A DNA stretch of 64,000 bases from an uncultured Spirochaetota bacterium (GTDB taxonomy: Bacteria > Spirochaetota > Brevinematia > Brevinematales > JAOACQ01): contig CAWAOD010000014.1 in the NCBI GenBank assembly GCA_963783575.1, positions 64,001-128,000 of the forward strand, given 5' to 3'. Shown here in pieces: positions 43,151-53,357 of the stretch. The notes beneath the pieces are model-generated. The model did not search any database and was not told the origin of the DNA. It worked only from the letters and a program-made list of their open reading frames with translations. The position numbers and the translations under genes are program-made. Numbering within the stretch: the first letter of the stretch is position 1; each line of letters opens with the position of its first letter.

Positions 43151-45061
43151 ATGTTGAAAATTTTTAAAAAACTTCCCATTCTTTTAGTACCAATAATCTT
43201 ATTATCGGTTGCTCTTAATTTTATCTTTTTATCCCGGGAAGGATTGGGTAATCTGTATTACGCTGCGGCAATTAAGAGTATGCTGACAAGTTTTAAGAAT
43301 TTTTTCTTTGTTTCCTTTGATCCGGCGGGATTTGTCTCTGTAGATAAACCTCCTTTGGGGCTTTGGATTCAGGCATTATTTGCTTTATTGTTCAGATTGA
43401 GAGGCATTTCTCTCATATTGCCCCAGGCTATTGCGGGAGTTTTATCTGTATTTTTCCTGTATGTTTTAATAAATGATATTTTTGATGAAAGAGCAGGTTT
43501 AATTTCAGCTTTTGTTTTAGCAATAACACCGATTTTTGTCGCATTAAGCAGGAATAACACAATGGATATGCAGGTAGTCCTCATTATTATTCTTGCAACG
43601 CTCGCCTTTTTTCAGGCGATTCAAAAAAAATCGTTTAAATATCTTCTATTCACTTTTATTTTAATCGGTTTAGGATTTAATATAAAAATGCTTTTGGCTT
43701 TTATAATCCTGCCGGCTGTCGGTATAGTATGGTTATTAAACCGGCATATTCCCATAAAAAAAAGATTAATGCAAATTACCACTGCAGGATTAGTTCTCCT
43801 GGTTGTTTCTTTAAGCTGGATTTCAATTGTGGAGCTTTACCCCAAAGAAAACAGGCCGTATATCGGTTCCACAGAAAATAACTCCGCATTTGAGCTTGCT
43901 TTCTCCTACAACGGACTCTTAAGAATAGCATCACCCTTTTATAATTATAAAAAACAGTTTCCTTCATCTTCTTTTTATTCTTTTGCACCCGGCGGAGTTC
44001 CTTTAGAATTGGGTGAAACCGGTGCACCCGGTATTCTAAGGCTTTTTAATAAAGAGTTAGCTGGGCAGATAAGCTGGTTTTTCCCGATTATTTTTATAGG
44101 ATTATTTCTTTTATTCATGGATATTAATAACAAATCCGGTGCTGATATAAAAAAACTTTCAATTCTATATTGGTTTTTATGGCTGATTCCCTATTCTTTT
44201 TATCTTAGCTTTACAACAGGAATTTTTCATCGCTATTATGTAGCAGCTTTAGCTCCTCCAATAGCAGCTCTTTGTGGTGTAATTTCAACGTGGCTTTGGG
44301 ATTTATACTCCAGTAATGAGGAATCCGGATTTTTATTTCCGGCCGCTATTTTTCTTACCGGACTTCTTCAATTTTATATTATTAACAATGAAAATTATGG
44401 CATCCCAAAATATTCCGGATTTATAATTTTGATAATTGTTTCCGTAATTTCGACTCTTTTGATTTTAAAAAAATTATCGGTCAGACTTATAAATAAATTA
44501 CCGGATAGGTTTTTATATATACCTGTTATACTTGTTCTTTGTGCTGCGCCTTTTTACTGGGCCTGTACCCCTCTGGTTTACGGCGGAAATTTTGTCCTGC
44601 CCTATGCCTCCCCGGAATTATCAAATGATATAGCAAAAGGCGCCAATTTTATAAAAAATGATCAAATCCGGGCATATTGGATTAAGCCGTTGTATGATTT
44701 TCTTGCAAAAAATAGAAATAACGAAAAGTATCTCGCTGCGGTTCCCAGTGTTTACGCTTATGCAGTGCTATTGATTTTATTCAATGAAAATAAAAATATT
44801 CCTGTAATGGCAGTTGGCGGTTTTGCGGGCAAAGACCCGGTAATAAATCTGGAAGAGTTAAAAAAATACATCAAGGATGGAGATATACGCTTTTTCCTGG
44901 TTCCCTCTTTTCTCGAACACTCGAAGGAAAAAGGAAACATGCAATTATACCAATGGGTAATTGAGCATGGAAAATTAGTGGATAAGAAGTTGTGGAATGA
45001 TTACTATATACCCAATCTCTTTATTCCTGATTCATTGGACCTATATGATTTAAAAATATAA
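43151..45061 (+). CDS. GT39/ArnT-like polytopic glycosyltransferase (YkcB-like)
   Basis: YYAAAIKSM..FDPAGFVSVDKPP, SRNNTMD, GFNIKML, HRYY, VMAVGGF.G.DP; many TMs. Confidence 0.85.
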   Translation: MLKIFKKLPILLVPIILLSVALNFIFLSREGLGNLYYAAAIKSMLTSFKNFFFVSFDPAGFVSVDKPPLGLWIQALFALLFRLRGISLILPQAIAGVLSVFFLYVLINDIFDERAGLISAFVLAITPIFVALSRNNTMDMQVVLIIILATLAFFQAIQKKSFKYLLFTFILIGLGFNIKMLLAFIILPAVGIVWLLNRHIPIKKRLMQITTAGLVLLVVSLSWISIVELYPKENRPYIGSTENNSAFELAFSYNGLLRIASPFYNYKKQFPSSSFYSFAPGGVPLELGETGAPGILRLFNKELAGQISWFFPIIFIGLFLLFMDINNKSGADIKKLSILYWFLWLIPYSFYLSFTTGIFHRYYVAALAPPIAALCGVISTWLWDLYSSNEESGFLFPAAIFLTGLLQFYIINNENYGIPKYSGFIILIIVSVISTLLILKKLSVRLINKLPDRFLYIPVILVLCAAPFYWACTPLVYGGNFVLPYASPELSNDIAKGANFIKNDQIRAYWIKPLYDFLAKNRNNEKYLAAVPSVYAYAVLLILFNENKNIPVMAVGGFAGKDPVINLEELKKYIKDGDIRFFLVPSFLEHSKEKGNMQLYQWVIEHGKLVDKKLWNDYYIPNLFIPDSLDLYDLKI

Positions 45062-45146
45062 CCTGCTATTTTTTTACATTGAATAAGCCGTTATGTGAGA
45101 AGCTATTCGGAAGGCAGGATTTGAGCAGATCGAAAAATGTTGAAAA

Positions 45147-45160
45147 TGTAATCGATTACA
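45147..45160. promoter_or_regulatory. Perfect palindrome resembling a LacI-family operator
   Basis: TGTAATCGATTACA with central CG. Confidence 0.45.
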
Positions 45161-45300
45161 CTAGAAACATATCGCCCGCATAGGAATCTGATCCAAACAT
45201 TATATGGAACCCGAAACTGTTGCTCTGTTTTAAAGAAGCATGCAAAGGAGAATCAAACAATACCAATGTTCTATGTTAATAATTTTGTAAGGGTAAAAAA

Positions 45301-45450
45301 ATGGAAGTTATTTACAGGAACTATTGCGGACTTGATTTACATAAGGGAAATATATCAGCCTGTCATAGAGAAATTGACGCTAAGTGCTGGAGGAATCGAT
45401 ATATTTACCGAAAAAAACGGTTTGATATGTTAATAGTTGTCATATATTAA
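45301..45450 (+). pseudogene. IS110-family transposase N-terminal remnant
   Basis: MEVIYRNYCGLDLHKGNISAC matches the IS110 N-terminal CGLDVHK motif; similarity ends after about 25 aa. Confidence 0.65.
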
Positions 45451-45502
45451 AGTCTAAAAAATGATTTTAATAATAATGTATAGGTAATCTGGAGGCAATA
45501 TA

Positions 45503-47050
45503 ATGTTAAGGTTATTGAGTATGTATTGGATAATTTTAATTATATTTTTTTACTTTACGGTTCCTGTTTTTGCAGATGAAAACACAGATTATTACCCCGG
45601 CGATACATGGCGTACATCAACACCGGAAGCGCAGGGTATTGATTCGAAGTACCTGGCCGAGATGATGGATAACATACAGTCGAATAATTTAAATTTCCAC
45701 AGTATCATAATTATCCGTCATGGATATATTGTTATGGAAGCTTACGCGGAACCTTTCGATAAGGATGTTATCCATGTCCTTAAATCATGCACTAAAAGCG
45801 TCGTGTCAGCTTTGACCGGTATCGCTTTAAGAGAAGGCTATATTAAAAGCCTGGATCAAAAAGTCATGGATATATTTTCCGGTCAGAATATAAAAAATAT
45901 GGATGATAATAAACGGCTGATAACAATTAAACACCTGCTGACAATGAGTTCGGGAATCACCCAGCAAGATGTAAATTCGAGTAGTTATTTAGGATCAACC
46001 AACTGGAGCCAATATTATCTCGACCAGCCGATGGTGGCAAAACCTGGAGAATTATTTGCTTATGATAACGCAGGGGTTAATCTGTTTATGTCAATTTTAC
46101 ATAAAACAAGCGGCATGAAAAATTCGGATTTTGCCGATAAATTTCTCTTCAAACCGCTTGGAATTACCAATTACTTCTGGTCGGCTGATCCGCAGGGAGA
46201 TTATATCGGAGCAGGGGGATTGGCTATGACACCTATAGATATGGCCAGGTTCGGCTATCTCTATTTGAAGAAAGGAAATTGGAAAGGGAAGCAGATAATA
46301 CCGGCCGATTGGGTTGAAACATCCATGTCAAGCCATATCAAACCATCGAAGTGGATATCATCCATAGAGCCGAATTGGATATCGGATAAAGGATACGGTT
46401 TCCTATGGTGGGAGCTGCAGTTTGGCGGTTTTACGGCAGTCGGCTATGGAGGGCAGTATATAATGGTCATTCCTGAAAAGGACATGGTAGTTGTAGTTAC
46501 CTCAGGTTTTTCCCTTCAAGATGCAGGAACGCCATTAATTTTTTTAGCTGAAAAATTCACAAACGAATCCTACGTTTCCAGAAGCAGTCTTCCGGAAAAC
46601 CCGGCAAAACAAGCTAAGCTTGCAGCAGCCATCTGGAATTTTGATAATCCAACAAATGATACAAATATTACTATTCCTGAAATGGCGAAAAATATTTCCG
46701 GTAAAAAATATATCATATATCAGAATCCACAGAATCTAAAATCCGTTATCTTAAGCTTTAATGGAAACAGTGAAAGCATTTGCGAAATCAATTGGCCCGA
46801 TAATTTAAAAATATCGGTAGGATTAGATGGGAAATATCGGGAAAATAATCCTTACAATGATTTACATAAACGGTTATTTACACGTGGAAAATGGATAAAT
46901 AAAAACACTTTTGTTTTAGAAAATTATACTCCATGGGTTGACAGTAGTAAAATTCAATATATACTTCAATATAAAGATGATAAACTTAAAATAACAGCAG
47001 AATCAACTATTGGAGAATGGGTATGGGAATTTACAGGTAAGATAGAATAA
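45503..47050 (+). CDS. Secreted serine hydrolase, beta-lactamase/AmpC-like family
   Basis: SCTK (SxxK), LLTMSSG, FAYDN, YGFLWW, AVGYGGQ. Confidence 0.88.
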   Translation: MLRLLSMYWIILIIFFYFTVPVFADENTDYYPGDTWRTSTPEAQGIDSKYLAEMMDNIQSNNLNFHSIIIIRHGYIVMEAYAEPFDKDVIHVLKSCTKSVVSALTGIALREGYIKSLDQKVMDIFSGQNIKNMDDNKRLITIKHLLTMSSGITQQDVNSSSYLGSTNWSQYYLDQPMVAKPGELFAYDNAGVNLFMSILHKTSGMKNSDFADKFLFKPLGITNYFWSADPQGDYIGAGGLAMTPIDMARFGYLYLKKGNWKGKQIIPADWVETSMSSHIKPSKWISSIEPNWISDKGYGFLWWELQFGGFTAVGYGGQYIMVIPEKDMVVVVTSGFSLQDAGTPLIFLAEKFTNESYVSRSSLPENPAKQAKLAAAIWNFDNPTNDTNITIPEMAKNISGKKYIIYQNPQNLKSVILSFNGNSESICEINWPDNLKISVGLDGKYRENNPYNDLHKRLFTRGKWINKNTFVLENYTPWVDSSKIQYILQYKDDKLKITAESTIGEWVWEFTGKIE

Positions 47051-47105
47051 TAACTGTCAAATGTGAATTCAAAACAGCCTTAAATATTTCAAATAGGAGG
47101 ATTAT

Positions 47106-48923
47106 ATGTCTAAAGCCATTGGTTTCGGTAAGGTTCAACCGGTAAACAGGTTGAATGGTTCAATGCCCAGGATAGGAATCAGACCGGTTATTGACGGGCG
47201 CAGAAAAGGTGTGAGAGAATCACTGGAAAAACAAACTCTTTATATGGCTAAAAGAGTAGCAAAAGTACTGGAAGAGGAATTAAGACATTCAAACGGTCTA
47301 CCTGTGGAATGTGTGATTACGGATATTATAGGCGGGGGAGCAGAAGCAGCTAGGGCAGCGGAACTATTCGCAAGAGAGAGAGTTGGTGTATCTATTTCAG
47401 TTACTCCCTGCTGGTGTTATGGAACTGAAACGATCGACATGGATCCTTTCCTGCCGAAAGCAATATGGGGCTTTAACGGTACTGAAAGACCCGGCGCAGT
47501 TTATCTGGCTGCGGCTTTAGCCGGCCATGACCAGAAAGGGCTTCCGGCTTTCGGAATATATGGGAGAGATGTACAGGATGCCGGAGACAATAAAATACCG
47601 GACGATGTAAAAGAAAAATTGCTGAAATTCACTAAAGCGGCGCTGGCTGTTGCTACAATCCGGGGCAAATCCTATCTTTCCATGGGAAGCGTGTCCATGG
47701 GGATTACCGGTTCGACGGTGAACCCGGATTTTTTCCAGGATTATCTTGGAATGCGTAACGAATATATCGATATGTCGGAATTCATCCGCAGGATTGATGA
47801 AGGAATTTTTGATAAAGAGGAATTTGAAAAAGCAATACAATGGGTCAAAAAATACTGCAAGGAAGGCAAAGATTTAAATCCAAAAGAAATCCAAACATCA
47901 AGAAAGAAAAAGGACCAGGATTGGGAAACGGTTGTAAAAATGAGTATGATCGCCAGGGACTTGATGACAGGGAATAAAAAATTAGCTGAACTCGGGTTCG
48001 GTGAAGAAGCTGAAGGGCATAATGCCATAATTTCCGGTTTCCAGGGTCAGCGTCAATGGACAGACCATTTTCCGAATGGCGATTTTATGGAGGCTATTCT
48101 CAATTCGTCATTCGATTGGAACGGAATAAGGGAGCCTTATCTTATTGCGACTGAAAATGATAGTCTTAATGGAATCGCAATGCTGTTCGGACACTTAATC
48201 TCAAAGTCTGCATCGATTTTTGCAGATGTAAGGACTTTCTGGAGCCCTGAATCGGTAAAAAGGGTCACCGGTAAGGCTTTAACCGGAAAAGCTGCAAATG
48301 GATTAATCCATTTGATTAATTCCGGCTCCGCGGCACTCGATGGAACGGGTGAACAGAAAGAAAACGGGAAATCCGTGATGAAGCCATTCTGGCATATCTC
48401 TCCCGATGAGGCAGAAAAATGCCTGAATGCTACAACCTGGATGCCTGCAGATGTCGGTTACTTCAGAGGTGGTGGTTTTTCATCCTGCTTTATCACAAAA
48501 TCAGAAATGCCCGTCACTATGATTCGAGTAAATTTAATCAAAGGTCTTGGCCCTGTATTTCAGATCGCTGAAGGCTATACAATTAATTTACCCAATGATA
48601 TTCATAGTATTTTGGATAAAAGAACCAATCCAACCTGGCCTACAACTTGGTTTGCACCAAATTTAACCGGAACGGGAGCTTTTAAAGACGTTTATTCCGT
48701 TATGAATTCCTGGGGAGCGAACCATGGAGCCATTAATTTTGGACATGTCGGCGGGGAATTGATAGCACTTGCTTCAATGCTTCGAATCCCTGTTTCCATG
48801 CATAATGTTCCCGAAGAAAATATTTTCCGTCCAAAAGCCTGGATGGCATTTGGAACAGCAGATCTGGAAAGCGCCGATTTCAGGTCCTGTAAGAATTTTG
48901 GGCCTCTGTACGGCCTTAAATAA
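47106..48923 (+). CDS. fucI: L-fucose/D-arabinose isomerase
   Basis: [44 protein letters not shown]. Confidence 0.96.
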   Translation: MSKAIGFGKVQPVNRLNGSMPRIGIRPVIDGRRKGVRESLEKQTLYMAKRVAKVLEEELRHSNGLPVECVITDIIGGGAEAARAAELFARERVGVSISVTPCWCYGTETIDMDPFLPKAIWGFNGTERPGAVYLAAALAGHDQKGLPAFGIYGRDVQDAGDNKIPDDVKEKLLKFTKAALAVATIRGKSYLSMGSVSMGITGSTVNPDFFQDYLGMRNEYIDMSEFIRRIDEGIFDKEEFEKAIQWVKKYCKEGKDLNPKEIQTSRKKKDQDWETVVKMSMIARDLMTGNKKLAELGFGEEAEGHNAIISGFQGQRQWTDHFPNGDFMEAILNSSFDWNGIREPYLIATENDSLNGIAMLFGHLISKSASIFADVRTFWSPESVKRVTGKALTGKAANGLIHLINSGSAALDGTGEQKENGKSVMKPFWHISPDEAEKCLNATTWMPADVGYFRGGGFSSCFITKSEMPVTMIRVNLIKGLGPVFQIAEGYTINLPNDIHSILDKRTNPTWPTTWFAPNLTGTGAFKDVYSVMNSWGANHGAINFGHVGGELIALASMLRIPVSMHNVPEENIFRPKAWMAFGTADLESADFRSCKNFGPLYGLK

Positions 48924-49264
48924 ATGATAGTGTATTAATATGACAAATATGCTTGCATGATTTTGGGTGGCCAGCGGAAGAGCGATTTTAAGGAGTCTTG
49001 AGAAGGAAAAGCTAAAATTCAGGAAGTACACAGTTTCCCACACAATATTTTTATATATCAACGCAAGTAACATTATTTTCAATATATATTTTCATGATTA
49101 TTGATATTGGGCAAATGTTAATCTTATTAATACCAGTATTGCCATTTATAAATTTGAAGTTTCTTCACCAATATAGTCTGAAAACGATTTAAACTTTACT
49201 TCAAATTATCACAATTTATCTGACAAAGAATAATATTTCAAGAATTATTAGTTATTTTAATAAA

Positions 49265-49306
49265 ATCCACCAATTGGTGGATATGAAAATCCACCACATA
49301 GTAGAT
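49265..49306. promoter_or_regulatory. Tandem palindromic operator sites upstream of the Omp85 operon
   Basis: ATCCACCAATTGGTGGAT (perfect 18-mer) and ATCCACCACATAGTAGAT, 24 bp apart. Confidence 0.65.
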
Positions 49307-49362
49307 GAAAAAGTAAATCATACTCAATAAACTTTATGTGAAAAGAAAAAGGAAAATTATTT

Positions 49363-50669
49363 ATGAAACAACAGCTTAATGTATTTTGTATTTTGTTCTT
49401 TTTTTTATAATCTCTCCAGGTTATTCATAGGAAGATAAAATTTCAATAAAACGGGTAAAAATCCAGATTGATGATATCAGTTATTCCTGGGAAAATGAAA
49501 TCCCTGAAAAAGATCCGCAGGGATTAACAGAACCCGCAACTGTCGTTTCATATTTATCCTTTAAACCGGGTAGTGTATTTTCTCTATCGGAATTGTCAAA
49601 TGAAGTCCGTTTATCTCAGAAAAGACTCATAGATTCGGATTTTTTCTATGATGCAAAGGTTTTGATAATTCCGCCAAAATCGGTGAGTAATACAAGAACA
49701 ATTTCTGTGATAATACAGGAAGGATTTCGTTACCGTTTCGGCGGAGATAAAGCTTATGGTTCTTTCGGGATGGATAATCTTTACGGGCAGAAAAAATCAT
49801 ACAGGATTCAAGCCGGTATTAATCTTTTTTCTGTTTCATACCTTGACGACCTAGCAAGATATCCTGTTTCATTAACATGGCTTCCGTCATTTTGGGGTTT
49901 AAATGCGGCATATATGAATTCAACTATGGACGAGGATAAGATAGCCGATTATAATACATTTTCCTTGAAATTTGACGCTGGTTATGCAATAAATCCTGAT
50001 CAGCAGGCAGGTATAACTGCAGAAGGAAGACTATCGTTTATCAGCGGATTAACACAGGCGGATAATGGAATAGTACCGTCATCCATTAATAAAGATCTTG
50101 TCATTTCTGCTTTTTATAATTCAATATTTAATTATTACCCGGCACCGGCCGATGTTACTCTCTTCTTCAAACCGTCAGCAGGTATGCTCTTTGAAATTGG
50201 AGGAAATTCAAATATTCCACTTTTAACCTGCAATTCCGGAATAAAAACGGATTTTTTCAGACAATCGATCGATTTTCAGGCTTCTGCAGGTTATGCGTTT
50301 AATGAATTACCGATTTTATCAAGATTTGACCTTTTTCAAACCCCGGACCTCTCGGTACGCGCAGGGTATAGGCATTTCGACCTTCTTGCTGACCGGTTTG
50401 TTCTTTTCAATCTGGAATACCGCTTTCCCGTTACAGAGTTTTTCCTCCCTCCGTTCCTTAATATTAAACTGAAAGGTTTCCTTTATTCAGATCAGGCCTT
50501 TTTGGGGAATTATCATGAAGCGTCGGTATTTCCTCACTTTTTTGACGGTTATGGAGCAGGATTGAGATTGATTTTCGATAATCCCATTTTTGCCTATTTT
50601 TCATTTTCTTATGGAATAAGTCATTAGGGGTTTACCCGGTTTGTATTTACCGGTACTGCCGGTTATTAA
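49363..50669 (+). pseudogene. Omp85/BamA-TamA-like outer-membrane protein; T8 frameshift at 49399-49406 and in-frame TAGs at 49428 and 50625
   Basis: POTRA-like RLIDSDFFYDA, VRAGY, FNLEYRFP, GYGAGLRL; read-through ends in a beta-signal RFVFTGTAGY*. Confidence 0.65.
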
Positions 50670-50696
50670 ATAATTAAATTTAAGTGGAGGAAAATT

Positions 50697-51422
50697 ATGA
50701 AACGGTTGATGGTTCTTTTTATTTTTTTGTTTATTGGTTCAGGTACTGTTTATTCAGAGAATACACTTTTAAGAAAGGCTGAAGCTATAAATACTGAGGT
50801 TACAGCTAAGGCGCTGATAATTGAAATAAAGACTAATGGAGGAAAAGATAAGGAATTACTTCTCGGAATAATATACCACAATCTTGCACAGGCAAATCCG
50901 GGGAAATATCTTACCCTGGCTTTGACAAACCTTTTATCCGGCTACAATAAGACAACAAACGCACTAGCTTACGGATATTACGGCAGCGCATTGACACTTG
51001 AAGCCTCATTATACACCAAAAAAGGTAAAAAGAATGATTTCATAAAGGCATCTTCAGAGGTAATGGCAGGAAGCGATATTATTGACCAGATGGTAAAAAA
51101 AGAACCGGATAATATTGATCTCCGTTTTCTAAGGATCGGTAATATTATAGCTGTAGCGAAAGGTTCCCCTTTCAAGCGTTATGAAACCGCCAGGAAAGAT
51201 CTGGATTATCTTACAAATTTGATGACAAATACTGACAACTATACAAAATCCTGCCTCTATTTATGGTCGGGAGAGATATACATGGGTATGAATCAGGGAA
51301 AAAATGCAGCAGAAAACCTGACTGAAAAAGCAATCGGGGATTTTGAAAAGGCGGTGGATGCGGCCCCCGATTCTATGTCAGCAGCCAGAGCAAAAACTCA
51401 TCTGAAAGAACTGGAAGAATAG
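50697..51422 (+). CDS. Secreted TPR-like protein
   Basis: Signal peptide; AYGYYGSA, PDNIDLRFLR, FEKAVDAAPDS. Confidence 0.65.
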   Translation: MKRLMVLFIFLFIGSGTVYSENTLLRKAEAINTEVTAKALIIEIKTNGGKDKELLLGIIYHNLAQANPGKYLTLALTNLLSGYNKTTNALAYGYYGSALTLEASLYTKKGKKNDFIKASSEVMAGSDIIDQMVKKEPDNIDLRFLRIGNIIAVAKGSPFKRYETARKDLDYLTNLMTNTDNYTKSCLYLWSGEIYMGMNQGKNAAENLTEKAIGDFEKAVDAAPDSMSAARAKTHLKELEE

Positions 51423-51430
51423 GGGTATAT

Positions 51431-52063
51431 ATGATTTTAGAAGCGTTATTTCTGGGTTTATCCACTGGCACTTACTGTGTTATGTATTGCGCACCTGTGG
51501 CCCTTCCATTCTTTGTTTCCGAAGAAATGAACCGGCAAAAGAATGCTGTTTATGTACTTCTCTTTATGGGGGGAAGGCTGGCCGGTTATATATTGACCGG
51601 AGCGATCCTGGGACTTGCCGGAGCATACGCATTGAAGTATATAGATCCTGAGCTTCAGCGGACACTTACTGCTTCCGGATTTTTTGTTGTCGGAATCCTC
51701 ATGCTTTTGTCAGGTCTAATCCATAACTTTCCCGGACTGAAAATCTGTTCGACTCTCCGGAAGATAAGCCGGCCGGGTAGAAACGCCATATTTCTAGGAT
51801 TCTTTACGGCGCTTAACCTCTGTCCGCCATTTTTTGCCGCAGCTTCCAGGGTTTTTGGCGCAAACAACGGAGTTTTACAGGGTATGGAATATTTTTTATT
51901 TTTTTATACGGGCACTTCAATATTTCTACTCCCGCTTTTCGGCGTCCATCTGTTCCAAAAAAAAATAGAGGCCGTGCGGACAGTTTCAAGAATGATACTC
52001 CTCCTTCTGGGGGGATATTTTACATTGATCCTGGGACTGTTTGAGATTTTGAGAATAAAATAA
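51431..52063 (+). CDS. DsbD_2/TauE-SafE-like membrane protein
   Basis: GTYCVMYC, GRLAGY and LCPPF motifs; about 6 TMs. Confidence 0.7.
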   Translation: MILEALFLGLSTGTYCVMYCAPVALPFFVSEEMNRQKNAVYVLLFMGGRLAGYILTGAILGLAGAYALKYIDPELQRTLTASGFFVVGILMLLSGLIHNFPGLKICSTLRKISRPGRNAIFLGFFTALNLCPPFFAAASRVFGANNGVLQGMEYFLFFYTGTSIFLLPLFGVHLFQKKIEAVRTVSRMILLLLGGYFTLILGLFEILRIK

Positions 52064-52076
52064 ACAGGAAGTATTT

Positions 52077-53357
52077 ATGATAGAAATAGTAAAACGATTC
52101 GGATTTAAGGTTTCATTGACTGTGACGGCGATTCTCTGCCTGATTATGGCGAATTTTCTTCATTTTTTAGTAGTATCCACAGCAACGGGTTTAAAGGAAA
52201 CGGCCTCCTGGATATTCTTTATTTATTTTCTCCTAATTTATTTTATGATGCTTTATACCGGAAGGACCGCTTTTTTCAGACAGGTCATGTTTGTTTCTAC
52301 AGCGATGCTTTTGGTACCGTCATTCGTAGCAATTTTATATGAAACACGCGGAAGTATGGCTGTCAATTATCAGGCGGTTTTAACAAATAGTAACCCGCTT
52401 TGCCATATTGTTATCCCATTTTTAATCCTACCGTATATTCTTATTAAATCCGTGATATATTCAGCCAGACCGGTCGGCGGATATGTATCAATTTACTCTA
52501 TGCTTTTGATCTGGCTTCTTTCCACATTGTTCCTGGGTAGAGGATGGTGCAGCTGGGCATGCTTTTACGGGGGCTGGGACGATCTGTTTTCAAGGCTGAA
52601 TAAAAAAGCCTTATTAAAGATCAACTGGGAAATTCCTAAAATTAAATATTTCAGCTTTGCCATGCTTGGTTTTACAGTGCTGGCTTCACTAATAACATTA
52701 ACGAGTGTATACTGTACTTGGCTATGCCCCTTCAAGCTTGTTACCGAATATGCGGCAATTGACGGGCTGAAAACATATTTAGCGGCGATAATGTTCATAT
52801 TAATTTTCTTTACTGTTGTAGCAGTGTTACCACTTCTAACACGTAAACGGGTTCAATGTACTGTATATTGTCCATTTGGAGCTTTTCAAAGCCTCTTGAA
52901 TTCCATCAGTCCTTACCGGATTAGTATAGATACCGAAAAATGCAGCCGTTGTATGCGCTGTGCTGAGATATGTCCCACATCATCCATAGCCAGAATAAAT
53001 ATTGAGGAAAAAACCGGTAAACCAGGCCTTACCTGTACAAAATGCGGCGAATGCGTGGACGCTTGCCCCAGTCAAGCAATATCATACAATTTTGGCGGCC
53101 GTTCCTGCTCTGAAAAAACAATATTTAAGATATGGATAGACAGGCTTTCTTCAAAACCAGAATGGGCAGGACATCTCAGCATTTTTGTACTGAAAACACT
53201 TGATGAGATTCTGTCGCCCAAAGTTTTATTCACTTTCACTGCTTTTCTTCTGGGAACAGTTCTTGGCTTCCGGTTTTGGTGTCGGGACAATAGAACGTTT
53301 ATTGAATCTTGTTCTGCATGGTTCATTTTTATTAAAATAAAAAGGAGAACTCTGTGA
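52077..53357 (+). CDS. Membrane 4Fe-4S binding protein (NapH/polyferredoxin-like); 3' end may be frameshifted
   Basis: GRGWCSWAC, YCTWLCP, CTVYCPFGA and two CxxCxxCxxxCP clusters. Confidence 0.85.
   Translation: MIEIVKRFGFKVSLTVTAILCLIMANFLHFLVVSTATGLKETASWIFFIYFLLIYFMMLYTGRTAFFRQVMFVSTAMLLVPSFVAILYETRGSMAVNYQAVLTNSNPLCHIVIPFLILPYILIKSVIYSARPVGGYVSIYSMLLIWLLSTLFLGRGWCSWACFYGGWDDLFSRLNKKALLKINWEIPKIKYFSFAMLGFTVLASLITLTSVYCTWLCPFKLVTEYAAIDGLKTYLAAIMFILIFFTVVAVLPLLTRKRVQCTVYCPFGAFQSLLNSISPYRISIDTEKCSRCMRCAEICPTSSIARINIEEKTGKPGLTCTKCGECVDACPSQAISYNFGGRSCSEKTIFKIWIDRLSSKPEWAGHLSIFVLKTLDEILSPKVLFTFTAFLLGTVLGFRFWCRDNRTFIESCSAWFIFIKIKRRTL

Noticed and set aside
45056..45096. attC-like ATATAAC...GTTATGT after the GT39 gene
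   Set aside because: Only about 41 bp with no inner stem; may be chance in AT-rich DNA.
32551..50627. Three in-frame TAG codons suggesting amber recoding or pyrrolysine
   Set aside because: In-frame TAA and TGA also occur, TAG ends ordinary genes (6615, 17832, 42858), and most long ORFs contain no internal TAG.
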